A stretch of 64,000 bases of DNA, taken from a virus. The stretch's first letter is position 1; the number at the start of each line of letters is the position of its first letter. Under the pieces are notes generated by a model. That model was given only the letters and a program-made list of their open reading frames with translations, had not been told where the DNA came from and did no database searches. A program made the position numbers and the translations under genes. The stretch spans positions 51,173 to 115,172 of IMG/VR virus record IMGVR_UViG_3300042904_000308. One strand, written 5' to 3'. Below, one piece after another: positions 50,797 to 60,990 of the stretch.

Positions 50797-53450
50797 TGGC
50801 ACTTCCCTATACCTTCAGCGGTATCAATTGGTCACAGTTCAAGAATAGCGATCACGGCCCGTGGGAGTACGGCGGCAACCTGTATTCTCTGTGGGTCGAT
50901 ATTCCGAACCTGACAGTCGAGGTCTGGAAGTCAACAGATGACGGAGATAGCTGGGCGGAAGTCGATGCCGCCAATCACCCAGCCATCTTCGATCATCTTG
51001 ATGATCTTAATATGTCCACGTCGGGGCACTTCACTGGCACCGATATCATCGTGGGCCTCTCCAATACCAGCAACACCTCGGCGGGATTCGTTGTATTCCA
51101 ATGCGATACTGACACCTGGGACGCAACGGTCAACACGAACCTCCGCTCGGCGTACAACAGCGGATTTGGTTTCTCGGGGTTCCATGCCTATGCCGCGTTG
51201 AAGCGTGCTGACAACGCGGTTGTTGTTGTCGGTCAGGGCGATACCAACGGCGTCATGGGCCAGCAGTATCGAGCGGTGCGAACCCGTATCACGTCGACAG
51301 ACATCACCACGAGCACGTGGGTCATCGCCCAAACACTCGTCTTCGGTTCCGTCCAAATCCACTATGACTTCATCGGAGCCTGTGTTGATGCGAGTGGGCG
51401 GGTCTACGTCTTCGCACACAACTCAACCAACAGCAGGCTTGAATGCGCGGTCATCCTTCCCAACAATACAGTCTCGTCGCCCATCATTGTTGACAGCACC
51501 GTTATCGCGTCGGGGAACTACGCGGCGGGTATGCCCCGCGTCGTCGACTCAACGACGGATCGAGTCGTGATTGCCTATGTAAACAGTGACGGTGTTCTTC
51601 ACAGAGCCTCCGCGAATGTGGCGGATACTCCATCATTTACATCGACATCGTTTTCCTCCTCCCCTAACCCCGAATATACCAACAGCAATCCAGCGAGCAT
51701 TGCGCTCGACGGGACAACCGAGCATTGGGTCTGGCCTGATGATGTCGATCAAGACTTGTACTGGAAGACTGGCATTGCCAGCCCGACTGAATTGCTCGAT
51801 GCCGTCACCATCCAAGGCATCAGCGCAGGCTATATCAGCAGCGTCGGCAGCGGTGGTGTTGGCTACCTGTATAACGACGGTGGCTCGGTTAAGTACAACG
51901 GGCCTGCGGGGGCGATCATTGAATCCCTCACCGCAGCGCTCTCCGCCGAGGGCACGCTCACCGCATCGTCCGACGCCACTCGTGGCTATCTTGCCGCGCT
52001 GTCCGCTGAAGGTACCCTCTCGGCCTCGATCCTCGCTCTCGCGACTCGTCTGCTGGCGGCTTCGCTCTCAGGGACAGGAACGGCTGCTGCCGAGACGGAT
52101 ATCCTGCGGTCGATTCTGCCAGATGCACTCTCGGGCGAGGGACAGCTCCTCTCCGACGTGATCGTTTCGATTCCCATTGCCGCCGCGCTGGATGGTACAG
52201 GCACGCTGAGCGCCGATGCGCTGCTCACCCGAGGCCTGATTTCCACGTTAGACGGCAACGGCACGCTCTCCTCCCTTCTCGGTCTGCTCTACGAGCTTTC
52301 AGGCACGTTGAGCGCGACGGGAACGCTGAGCGGCCAGCTCGACCCAACCCTGGGCCTCACATCCTCACTCGACGCTATCGGAACCCTGACAGGGGAAACC
52401 GACATCACGCGGCCTGTGCAGGCGGGACTCAGCGGGACGGGCTCACTCGCCACCGCGCTTGACCTGACGGCGATTCTCGCCGCCGCGCTCGACGCGACAG
52501 GCACCCTGACGACGAACCTTGATCGTGGACGGGACTTCGATGCCGCGCTCTCAGCCGAGGGCACGCTGGCTGCGGACCCCGTGCTGACACGGTCGCTCCT
52601 CAGCGCCATGAGTGGCACGGGCACCCTGTCCCTCGACCAGTTCTTCGACGCCTTTCTGCTCTTCTCGGCGGACCTCGACGCGAGCGGCACACTGGCCGCT
52701 GCAGCCTCACTGCAGGCCGTGTTCGCGGCGAGCCTGGATGCAACGGGCACGCTTGCCACGACGACGAGTCGGGATCGCGGGATGGCGTCCGCACTTTCCG
52801 CGACGGGCACACTGTCCAGTGACGCGGACATTCTGAAAACCTACCTCGGCACGCTCGATGCGACGGGCACGCTGGCGGCTGAGCTGTTTACTGGCGGCTT
52901 CATCGAGCTCTTGAGCGCCCTGAGCGCTGAAGGCACTGCTGAGGCCCAGGTTGAGGCGCTGTTCTCCCTGTCGTCGTCGCTCGATGCTGACGGTACGATC
53001 AGCGCGGACACCGTTCTCGTTAGAGGATTGACGGGCGCTCTCGATGCGCAGTCTGATCTGCTGGCGAGCATGGATGCAGCTCGCACCTTTGTCTCTTCAC
53101 TGAGCGCTGAGGGCATTCTTGCCCTGCTCGCCTTCGGGCCGACGCAGGTGATAGGCAGTCTGCTGCGAACATCGCCTGACGATCTGCTGACGCTTATCCG
53201 CACGTCTCCCACTGATTCGCTAGAGGTGTCCCAAGTCATGACGCTTATCCGCACGTCTCCCTCTGATTCGCTGCTGATGACGCTGGATGCAACCGCGCTC
53301 GCGCCGATTGCCCTGGCGATTGTGGCACCAGATGACCCCTTTACCGATTTGCTGACGATTACCGAATCAGCTGATCCGTTCAGCCTCGCCAGAACGCTGC
53401 TGGACGACCCACTGAACCTTTCTCGCGCTGAAGGCGATGATATATCTTAG
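50796..53450 (+). CDS. second fibre-like protein, paralog of 47011-50796
   Basis: WKSTDDGDSW Asp-box, with stalk blocks near-identical to the first protein. Confidence 0.7.
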   Translation: MALPYTFSGINWSQFKNSDHGPWEYGGNLYSLWVDIPNLTVEVWKSTDDGDSWAEVDAANHPAIFDHLDDLNMSTSGHFTGTDIIVGLSNTSNTSAGFVVFQCDTDTWDATVNTNLRSAYNSGFGFSGFHAYAALKRADNAVVVVGQGDTNGVMGQQYRAVRTRITSTDITTSTWVIAQTLVFGSVQIHYDFIGACVDASGRVYVFAHNSTNSRLECAVILPNNTVSSPIIVDSTVIASGNYAAGMPRVVDSTTDRVVIAYVNSDGVLHRASANVADTPSFTSTSFSSSPNPEYTNSNPASIALDGTTEHWVWPDDVDQDLYWKTGIASPTELLDAVTIQGISAGYISSVGSGGVGYLYNDGGSVKYNGPAGAIIESLTAALSAEGTLTASSDATRGYLAALSAEGTLSASILALATRLLAASLSGTGTAAAETDILRSILPDALSGEGQLLSDVIVSIPIAAALDGTGTLSADALLTRGLISTLDGNGTLSSLLGLLYELSGTLSATGTLSGQLDPTLGLTSSLDAIGTLTGETDITRPVQAGLSGTGSLATALDLTAILAAALDATGTLTTNLDRGRDFDAALSAEGTLAADPVLTRSLLSAMSGTGTLSLDQFFDAFLLFSADLDASGTLAAAASLQAVFAASLDATGTLATTTSRDRGMASALSATGTLSSDADILKTYLGTLDATGTLAAELFTGGFIELLSALSAEGTAEAQVEALFSLSSSLDADGTISADTVLVRGLTGALDAQSDLLASMDAARTFVSSLSAEGILALLAFGPTQVIGSLLRTSPDDLLTLIRTSPTDSLEVSQVMTLIRTSPSDSLLMTLDATALAPIALAIVAPDDPFTDLLTITESADPFSLARTLLDDPLNLSRAEGDDIS

Positions 53451-53462
53451 GAGTACATACCA

Positions 53463-53897
53463 ATGCCAAAAGAAATTATTAGAGGCGACTCCTACGAGGC
53501 GGACAGGCCGATCTACGTCTTCACCTTCACGGATGACGCGCTCGCTGCCCTGGACCTCAGCGGGTACAAAATCCAGACGACCTACAAGCCTGCAATCACC
53601 ACGATTGAGGAAGACCCGACCGACGCCACTGCCGAAATCACCCATGAGATTCAATTCGACGGATCGGGCAACGTGACCTATCAGAACGGGCTCTACCTGC
53701 AGTCTGGTGGCGTTGCTGCTGACGGCGTGATTGAGGACCGACTGACCAAAACAGAAACTGCCGCCCTCTCTGTCGGTGTCGAGCTCGTTGCAGACCTGCA
53801 GATGACCGACGCCAGCGGCAGGGTCTTCACCTGGATATTCGACGACACGCTTGTCGCAAGGGACGGCGTCACGCATCGTGATCCGACTATACCGTAA
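53463..53897 (+). CDS. BppU-like virion adaptor protein
   Basis: IIRGDS...DLSGY...DLQMTDASG, and located next to the fibre genes. Confidence 0.45.
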   Translation: MPKEIIRGDSYEADRPIYVFTFTDDALAALDLSGYKIQTTYKPAITTIEEDPTDATAEITHEIQFDGSGNVTYQNGLYLQSGGVAADGVIEDRLTKTETAALSVGVELVADLQMTDASGRVFTWIFDDTLVARDGVTHRDPTIP

Positions 53898-54154
53898 TGA
53901 TACCGATTAGTGTTGCTCCAACCTCACAACCTGGAATGGTGACGCTGGTGGGCAAGTCCGACGACTGGAAGACGCTCATTCGCAAGCTCAGCAACAGCTC
54001 CGACCGAGAGCTCGTGGCGGTTTCGAAGAGCCTGCGTGCGCAGACAGCGTCGGGCGGGATTCACCGCGTCACCCTGACCAGAGCGGTCGCGAAGCGCGTG
54101 CTCGCGCAGTGCGGCGTGTCTTGGTAATTGTTTCTTAACGCATAGGACAAGCTG

Positions 54155-54508
54155 ATGGCTACGAATGAAAAAGAGCGCATCTTTACGGGCGATACGTACG
54201 CTGTCGCGTTCGAATGTCTGGAACCACAAGCCGAGGGAGTGAACACCTTTGAGTTTGGACGTGCGCCAATCACGCCGACCGACACCGAAGTGACCCTGTG
54301 GGACGTGCAGAGTCAGGCGCTCGTCAACATCGGGCCTGGCGGTACCGATACCGACACGGCCACGATTACCGACAATCAGGTGAGTTATCTCCTCGACGGA
54401 AGTTTCACGCAGACCGTCGGGGATTACAAGATGTTCGTGACCGCGATTTTCGCGGACGGACAGCGAGTGACAGAAAAGTATCAGTTTAAGGTGCAGGCGA
54501 GAACGTAG
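54155..54508 (+). CDS. putative virion (Ig-like) protein
   Basis: Beta-rich acidic 117 aa, containing TVGDYKM. Confidence 0.4.
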   Translation: MATNEKERIFTGDTYAVAFECLEPQAEGVNTFEFGRAPITPTDTEVTLWDVQSQALVNIGPGGTDTDTATITDNQVSYLLDGSFTQTVGDYKMFVTAIFADGQRVTEKYQFKVQART

Positions 54509-54744
54509 TATGGGACGACGGCAACGTCAATTTGAAGAAGAAGAGGCCAGCGCGAGGCGACCGCGCCAGAACCGCGCCAACGTGCGCCGTTTGCTGGATG
54601 AGGTCGCCGCGTTCGATGACGACGATCTGCTGGACCTCGAACTCTATTTCGATGAGGTCGAAGGCCTGGAGCCGCTGCCAAAAAGACGGCAAAAACAACC
54701 TCGTCGACTGTAATCCCCCCTGTCGCTTCGACGGCAGGGCGTAA

Positions 54745-54778
54745 AGAGAAGAGGGGGCAATTTCTGCCCCCTCCTCTA
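54745..54778. terminator. hairpin between convergent genes
   Basis: GAGGGGGCA/TGCCCCCTC. Confidence 0.5.
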
Positions 54779-54845
54779 CAGGAGAGACTCCTCGTGCAGT
54801 GGATGGTCCACACGAGGCCCACCACGTGTCATGCAAGACTCGTGC

Positions 54846-55805
54846 CTAAAAGCCGAGCTTGGCGTACTCCTCCTTGAGCTCGTCTTTCGCCACCTGCGCG
54901 TAGATGCGCGTGGTCTGTGGGCTGCTGTGACCCAGCAAGTCCTGCACGACTTCCAGCCGCTTGGTCTTGTTGAGGGCCATCGTCGCGAAGGAGTGCCGCA
55001 GCACGTGTGGCGTCAAATCCTCTGGAAGCTGGGCCTCCCTGAGTCCTTCCTTGAAGGCCGCGTAGGCCGAATGCGGGGTCATCGGCTTGCCCATATCGAC
55101 ACCGAACGACCGACCAGCCTCGCCGTAGAACACATAGTCCGTGTACGGGTGATCCCCGATATACCGCTTCAGACGTTCGATCAAGTGCGCAGAGAGGGGC
55201 ACAAACCGCTCTTTCCGCCCTTTACCGATAATCTTGACGCCATCATCGAGCACGCCGTCCTTGCGCAGCGTCAGAATCTCCTCGATGCGCAATCCCGCCT
55301 GGAACATCACCCGAAACAGCAGACCGTACTTTTCCGCCGTGTCTTCCTGCGCCCAACCAAAGTGCTTCGTGTTGTCATCACGGCTCAGCGCGTCCTGCCG
55401 CTTTCGGCGCAGCGCAACCTCGATGCCGTCGAGCACGCGATCAATCTCCTCGCGAGTGAGGATGGTTGGCAGCTTGCGCGGCAGGGTTTCCGCCATGATG
55501 TTCGCCATCGGGTTGTTGCCCTCGTAGAGCTTGTTGCCGATAGCCCACGCGAAGAATGTACGGACGGCGCTGATCGTCTGGTTGCGGGTCGCGGGTGACA
55601 GGTTTCTGGCCTTCGCCTCACGCACCATTCGCTCACCATCCTTGACCACCCACTGGCGCAGCGGTCTGTCGACAAGCGACTCGGCGCGGCGAAGCGCTTC
55701 CCCATAGGACGACAGCGTTTTCTCGGTGCCCATCTTTCCCGCGTACGGCAAACCGTGGCGCTTGGCATCGATGAAATCCTCAATCGTCATTCTCACAGCA
55801 GACAT
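54846..55805 (-). CDS. tyrosine recombinase/integrase (XerC/D-like)
   Basis: GLRIEE (R), GKGRKER (K), HVLRH, LGHS and TRIY catalytic residues, plus a SAM-like N-domain. Start is 55805 or 55790. Confidence 0.92.
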   Translation of the reverse strand: MSAVRMTIEDFIDAKRHGLPYAGKMGTEKTLSSYGEALRRAESLVDRPLRQWVVKDGERMVREAKARNLSPATRNQTISAVRTFFAWAIGNKLYEGNNPMANIMAETLPRKLPTILTREEIDRVLDGIEVALRRKRQDALSRDDNTKHFGWAQEDTAEKYGLLFRVMFQAGLRIEEILTLRKDGVLDDGVKIIGKGRKERFVPLSAHLIERLKRYIGDHPYTDYVFYGEAGRSFGVDMGKPMTPHSAYAAFKEGLREAQLPEDLTPHVLRHSFATMALNKTKRLEVVQDLLGHSSPQTTRIYAQVAKDELKEEYAKLGF

Positions 55806-55841
55806 CCTTTCAATAAACCTTATCTCACTCCACCTAATCTT

Positions 55842-55871
55842 ATCGTACCACCAAATTAGGTGGTGTGTCAA
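55842..55871 (-). promoter_or_regulatory. sigma70 promoter of the recombinase with overlapping inverted repeat
   Basis: TTGACA-N18-TACGAT; CCACCTAAT (55830) / ATTAGGTGG (55855). Confidence 0.65.
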
Positions 55872-55881
55872 GGAGTACCCA

Positions 55882-56358
55882 GTGGCCGAAACCGATGAAT
55901 ACGGTCTGCCCGAGGCAGAGCCTGAAAAACGCAAGCGGGGGCGTCCGAAGGGATCAAAAAACAGACCTCCTGAAACGATCCTGACGCGGGATCGCCTTGA
56001 AAAGCTCTACGACAAGGTCAATCCCTATCTGACGCCAGAGCAGAAGAAATATACCCGAGAAATTCTGGACGGGAAACGAGAGGTTGACGTCCAGTACGAA
56101 ATGCAGCTGCTGGTCCGCCAGCTCTCCATCATCTTCTCCGAAGCCGCGATCTGGTTCTGGAACGAGAAGAAGGTCAACCGCGACCTTGCGATGTTTGCCG
56201 ACTCGTTGCGGCAAGCCCTCAAAGACCTCAACGAAATCAATCGACAAGTCGAAGACAAGCAAGAGAAGACGAAAGAAGATGATCTGGTTCGAGTCACCGA
56301 GCGGGGGTCCACGCTGGAAAGGCTTAAAGCCCTACCTGGCTTCGATACCTCCGAGTGA
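55882..56358 (+). CDS. terS: terminase small subunit (putative)
   Basis: GTG after AGGAG, AT-hook-like KRGRPKGSKN, and a position directly upstream of terL. Confidence 0.6.
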   Translation: MAETDEYGLPEAEPEKRKRGRPKGSKNRPPETILTRDRLEKLYDKVNPYLTPEQKKYTREILDGKREVDVQYEMQLLVRQLSIIFSEAAIWFWNEKKVNRDLAMFADSLRQALKDLNEINRQVEDKQEKTKEDDLVRVTERGSTLERLKALPGFDTSE

Positions 56359-57859
56359 GCGTGAAGAGGTTATCGATGGACTCTGTCTGAGATATCCACC
56401 GTGGTTTTTCGAGCTGTTGACGGAAGTCAACGCGGGAGAGCCGACGCAGTTGGAAGCGTTTCAGATTGCCTACCTCCTCGATGACTCCCGTTACAAAATC
56501 ACCAACAAGACGAGACAGGCTGGCGGTTCGCTGGTCGTATCGATGGCGAAGTTCTGGAAATGCTATCGCAACGAACAGACGAACTGCGACATCGTCTCGA
56601 TCAACAGGGCTGAGGCCCAGGGTAAAATCACGTACATCCGCAATCTGTGGGAATCGCTGCCTGCACGGTGGCGGCACCCGCTGGCTATCGACAACGCGGA
56701 GAAGATTGCCTTCCATGCGGGTCGCCGCATGTCGACGATCCGCTCCATCGCCGCCAGCGCAGGCGTGCGCGGTGGCCGCAAGGATATCGTCTTCGACGAG
56801 GCGGCACACATTCCCCTCTTCGAATCGCTCTTCGTGGCCGCGCTTCCCGCGACGGTCAGGGCCAGGGGCGGCTTCGATGTGGTCAGCACGCCGATGGGGC
56901 AGGTTGGCAAGTTCTTCGAAATCTGGAACAACTTCGAGAATCGTTATGAAGACTGGGCGCGGCATGCCTTCGTCTGGATCGACGTGTCGCAGTTCTGTCG
57001 AGCGTGCGACGAGGCCCGAGAGGTCTTCGAGTCAGAGTTCGAGGGCAACCCCGACGCCTTGGTGAACTTTGGCGAGCTTTACGAAGAATACGCCACCCCT
57101 GAATTAAAGAAAGTCGGTCGAAACTTTACCAGCGAGGAGTTCCTGCAGGAGTTCTGCGGGAAGTTCGTCGATGAATCGACCGCGTACTTCCCCTACTCCC
57201 TGATCGATCCCTGCCGCAAGCACGCGGAGCCACAGCCGCTGCCGAACGGAAGCCTCGACGACTTCAACGTGCTCAAGCCCTGGCTGACAGGCAAGCCCGA
57301 AGACAACGAGAACGACGTGACGATGGGCATTGACTTTGCCGAAGGGCGCAAGGGCGGTGACTCCACATCAGTCCAGGTCATCGAAAAGGAGCGCGACGGC
57401 AGGCTGCTGCAGCGCTACTACGCCGACCTCGACCACACCAGCGGATACGACGACTTCGACAAGCAGATGACGGAATTCAACCGCCTGATCGACGTCTTCC
57501 ATCCCGTTCGGGTCAGCGTGGACGAAACAGGCCTGGGCCGCAAGATCGCCGCCGACCTGAAAAAGGCGCACGGCGGACTGATCGAGCCCATCACCTTCAC
57601 CCATCAGAACAAGGAAGCAATGGCGCTGAACCTGCGCGGCCTGCTGGAGACACACAAGCTCTGGCTGCAGTACGAGAATAAGCGTATTCGCGGCCAGTTC
57701 CATAACATCAAGCGAAAGATTACCTCACACGGCAACGTGACCTATAGCGGTGAGCCCCACGACGACATGTTTTGGGCGATGGCGCTCGCCTGTAAAGGCG
57801 CGGGTAAGTCGCGATTCCAGATTCTCACACTCGATGATGACAGCCCTATTTCAGGGTAG
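56279..57859 (+). CDS. terL: terminase large subunit
   Basis: KTRQAGGS Walker A variant, VFDEAAH Walker B, STPMG, GIDFA, VDETGLG and HDDMFWAMALA. Start is approximate. Confidence 0.92.
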   Translation: MIWFESPSGGPRWKGLKPYLASIPPSEREEVIDGLCLRYPPWFFELLTEVNAGEPTQLEAFQIAYLLDDSRYKITNKTRQAGGSLVVSMAKFWKCYRNEQTNCDIVSINRAEAQGKITYIRNLWESLPARWRHPLAIDNAEKIAFHAGRRMSTIRSIAASAGVRGGRKDIVFDEAAHIPLFESLFVAALPATVRARGGFDVVSTPMGQVGKFFEIWNNFENRYEDWARHAFVWIDVSQFCRACDEAREVFESEFEGNPDALVNFGELYEEYATPELKKVGRNFTSEEFLQEFCGKFVDESTAYFPYSLIDPCRKHAEPQPLPNGSLDDFNVLKPWLTGKPEDNENDVTMGIDFAEGRKGGDSTSVQVIEKERDGRLLQRYYADLDHTSGYDDFDKQMTEFNRLIDVFHPVRVSVDETGLGRKIAADLKKAHGGLIEPITFTHQNKEAMALNLRGLLETHKLWLQYENKRIRGQFHNIKRKITSHGNVTYSGEPHDDMFWAMALACKGAGKSRFQILTLDDDSPISG

Positions 57860-57883
57860 TAACTGGCGGTTAACAGTAGGGGA

Positions 57884-59548
57884 ATGACTATGACACAACC
57901 TTCCCCGCTTCTGTACGACGCCCGTGGCGCACCAATCCAACGCAACGTGAATACGGCAGGGCTCTCTTATACGGGGCCAATGGTGATCGGCTCAAACACT
58001 GAGCTGAAAGGCGCTGTGCCGAATCCACGTCGCGGTGACTGGCGCGACTACTGGGCAATGTACGAGCGGCATCCAATTGTCTACGCGGCAATTAACAAGA
58101 TCGTCAAGGTCTGTACGAATACAGGCTTCGACTTCGTCCCTCGTGATAACCGACAGGATAAGGTCAGTGAGGAGCAGGTTAGCGCGGCCAGAGCGTTCTT
58201 TAACGATCAGGACGACTTCATTGGCGAGCTGCGCAGAATCTACCGCGATCTGCTGATCTTCGGTGATGCGTATCTCTACCTCGTCTATGACCGCCGCCGA
58301 CGCCCGAAGCGGCTGAAACGGCTGGCTCCGTGGACGATGAATATCAAGACCAAGAAGAACGGCGAGGTCGAGTACTACGTGCAGAAAGACCCGTCGAGGA
58401 TCGATGACAAGGGCACGATCTTCCGCGACGTGGAGATACTCCACTTTCGGCTTGACAACCCTGTTGACGACATCTATGGACACCCGCCGCTGGAAGCGCT
58501 GAAGGGTGATATCGCCGCCGACCTCTACGCGGCGAGCTACAACATGAACTTCTTCAAGAATGGCGCGGCGACAGGCACGATTCTGGCCGTCGAGGACGCC
58601 ACCAGTGACGACCTCGAACGCAACCGACGCTGGCTGCGCGAGGAGTATGCGGGTACCGAGAACGCCCACAAACCGATCATCCTGTCAGGCAACGTCAAGC
58701 TCCACAAGAGCATTCAGACCTACGCGGAAATGGGCTTCCTGGCTGGTCGAGAGGCAATCAAGGGCCGCATTCTGGCCGTACTCGATGTGCCTCCCGCCAA
58801 GATCGGTGACATGGAGTCGGCCAACAGGTCGAACTCCAGGGAACAAGATAAATCTTTTCGCAGCGAAAGCATCATGCCGCTGCAGTACACCGTGGAAGCG
58901 GTCATCAACGACAAGCTCATGTCGCGCATTCTCGGCATCAACGATGTGCTCTTCCAGCACTCCGAGGCCGACATTCGGGACGCACAGGAGCAGATGGACC
59001 TGTGGGCGAAGAGCGTTGAAAAGGGTCTGATGACCATCAACGAGATTCGCGCCAAGATGGGTCTGCCGCCGATTGACGGCGGTGACATCGCCTTTGTGAT
59101 GACGCCGACTGGCGCGGTTCCCGTCACCGACCTGGAGCTGTACTTCCAGCTCCCCTCCATCAACACCGACAAGATTCCGCCAAGCACTCACGACGGTCAC
59201 GGACACCCTGATGGCACCGAGGGTGAAAGCACGACAGGGCCGAAACAGCAACCCACTGCTAACGTCAAGCCGCAGGTATCCAGAGCGGTTTCACCCGAAG
59301 TCCAGCATGCCCAGCTGGTGCAAATCTGGCTGGAAAAGGCCCGTGACGACAACGACAAGGCGGCACTGCGAAGTGCCTACACCCTCGCGGTAGACGCCGC
59401 TGAGCATGCAACTGGGGCGCTTATTCCCCAGGTTGTGGGATCGATCAAGAAAGCGCTCAGCACCGACGACGTTGATTTGTCGCTCGGCTACATCGAGCGT
59501 GCCTTCGGTTTTCTCTCAACGCTTATCGCTTTTGAAGGAGGCGAGTGA
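57884..59548 (+). CDS. portal protein (HK97-like)
   Basis: LLIFGDAY, EILHFR, YGHPPL, FFKNGA, VPPAKIG and TINEIRAKMGLPPIDGGD. Confidence 0.92.
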   Translation: MTMTQPSPLLYDARGAPIQRNVNTAGLSYTGPMVIGSNTELKGAVPNPRRGDWRDYWAMYERHPIVYAAINKIVKVCTNTGFDFVPRDNRQDKVSEEQVSAARAFFNDQDDFIGELRRIYRDLLIFGDAYLYLVYDRRRRPKRLKRLAPWTMNIKTKKNGEVEYYVQKDPSRIDDKGTIFRDVEILHFRLDNPVDDIYGHPPLEALKGDIAADLYAASYNMNFFKNGAATGTILAVEDATSDDLERNRRWLREEYAGTENAHKPIILSGNVKLHKSIQTYAEMGFLAGREAIKGRILAVLDVPPAKIGDMESANRSNSREQDKSFRSESIMPLQYTVEAVINDKLMSRILGINDVLFQHSEADIRDAQEQMDLWAKSVEKGLMTINEIRAKMGLPPIDGGDIAFVMTPTGAVPVTDLELYFQLPSINTDKIPPSTHDGHGHPDGTEGESTTGPKQQPTANVKPQVSRAVSPEVQHAQLVQIWLEKARDDNDKAALRSAYTLAVDAAEHATGALIPQVVGSIKKALSTDDVDLSLGYIERAFGFLSTLIAFEGGE

Positions 59549-60897
59549 TGGAAATGTTCAAAATCACCACGCCCATCACCAAGGCCTTCGAACGGATTGG
59601 TAAGGATGGCGTAACCCGCAAGTACATCGGTGGTCTGGCATCGTCGACAGACATGGACCTTGAGAAGGAGCGGATGGCCGAGAGCGCCATTCTGGCCTTC
59701 CGCAAGGCGATTCAGGAAGGCATCTTCCAGTCGAACGGCACGTGGTCACAGATTCCCCTCAGAAGCGGACACCGCAGCGAGTGGGATGACGTGCTCGGCT
59801 GGATCACCGACGCGACGATTGATAAGCAGTGGAATCTTTTCATCGAGGCAGAGCTGGATACCACAAACCCTGTCTCGCTAGGACTATTCGAGAAACTCAC
59901 ACGACCACAGACGCCAGGACGAGAGTTGAGCCTGGGCCTCTCCGTTGGGGGGCTGGTTGTGAGTGCGGGGCAAGAGTGGGACGAAGAGTTTCAGGACTAC
60001 ATACGGGTGTACTACGACGTCGCCCTGAAGGAAGTCTCGGTAACGTCGAATCCCGCGAACCCGAAGACATACATTCACGCGCTCGCCAAGAGCGTCGATT
60101 GGAGCAAGGTTAAGGGGAGCCGCACGGTTCTCGTTTCTGAAGAAGAACTAGAGGAGTATTTTGATATGAAGACCAAATCAGAGAATACAGACGCTCAGGA
60201 AACGAGCGAGGAAGTGGTCGCCGCTGCTGTAGAGGCATCGGAGCAGGCCGAGGTTGTCGAGCGGAGTGAAGCGGCTGAAGAAGCTGGCGCAGAGGAGCAG
60301 GTTGAGAAGACCGACGCGACCGAGGAAGCGCCAGAGGCTGAAGTGGTGGAGCGAAGCGAGTCTGCCGAGGTCAGCGAGGATGCTGGCGAGGGTTCTGTCG
60401 AGGAAGTGGCGAAAGCGACTGACCCGATGGCAGAGCTTCTGGCTCGATTTGACGAGCTTACCAAAGGTCTTGCTGCTCTCGCTGACGAGGTTGTGCAGTT
60501 GAAGGCTGGATCGACGGGTGAAGAGGCCCAGGCTGAAGCGGCTGAGAAGTCCGTGACTGAGGAGGAGCAGGCTGCTGAAGCCGACGCTTCTGCTGAGGTC
60601 GTGGAGCGATCTGCCGAAACTGAAGTCGAGCCCGAAGCTGTCGAGAAGGCTGAGACGGTCGACATCGCGGCGATCATCGAGGCGGCGGTAAGCAAGGCAA
60701 TCAGCTCCCAGGTGGGTGCGCTGGCGCAGCGCATCGAGGCCATCGAGAACGAGGAAGTCGACAAGTCCGTTGCGGTAACGCTTGATGCGGCGGAAGAGGA
60801 ATCTGACCCGCTGACCAAGTTCGCAAGCGAGACGGAAGGACTGAAAGGGCGTGCCCTGCTGACCAAGACGCTCGAACTCGCTGGCATGCAGCGCTAA
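59545..60897 (+). CDS. prohead protease fused to acidic scaffold-like domain
   Basis: GLASS..DLEKE, GLSVGG and LKEVSVTSNPANP, followed by an E/A-rich tail. Confidence 0.85.
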   Translation: MMEMFKITTPITKAFERIGKDGVTRKYIGGLASSTDMDLEKERMAESAILAFRKAIQEGIFQSNGTWSQIPLRSGHRSEWDDVLGWITDATIDKQWNLFIEAELDTTNPVSLGLFEKLTRPQTPGRELSLGLSVGGLVVSAGQEWDEEFQDYIRVYYDVALKEVSVTSNPANPKTYIHALAKSVDWSKVKGSRTVLVSEEELEEYFDMKTKSENTDAQETSEEVVAAAVEASEQAEVVERSEAAEEAGAEEQVEKTDATEEAPEAEVVERSESAEVSEDAGEGSVEEVAKATDPMAELLARFDELTKGLAALADEVVQLKAGSTGEEAQAEAAEKSVTEEEQAAEADASAEVVERSAETEVEPEAVEKAETVDIAAIIEAAVSKAISSQVGALAQRIEAIENEEVDKSVAVTLDAAEEESDPLTKFASETEGLKGRALLTKTLELAGMQR

Positions 60898-60923
60898 ACC
60901 ACAGTCACCCGCTTCACGGTCTG

Positions 60924-60946
60924 CCGCTCGGTTGAGCGGTTTTTTT
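60924..60946 (+). terminator. intrinsic terminator
   Basis: CCGCTC-GGTT-GAGCGG followed by T7. Confidence 0.7.
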
Positions 60947-60990
60947 ATGTCTGAAATTTATTTGTCATACCACTTACGAGGAGTTTTATC

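Noticed and set aside
54846-55805. Recombinase as a classical integron integrase (IntI)
   Set aside because: There is no IntI-specific insertion before the HxxR region, and the elements lack the attC RYYYAAC/GTTRRRY ends. Only a looser analogy is retained.
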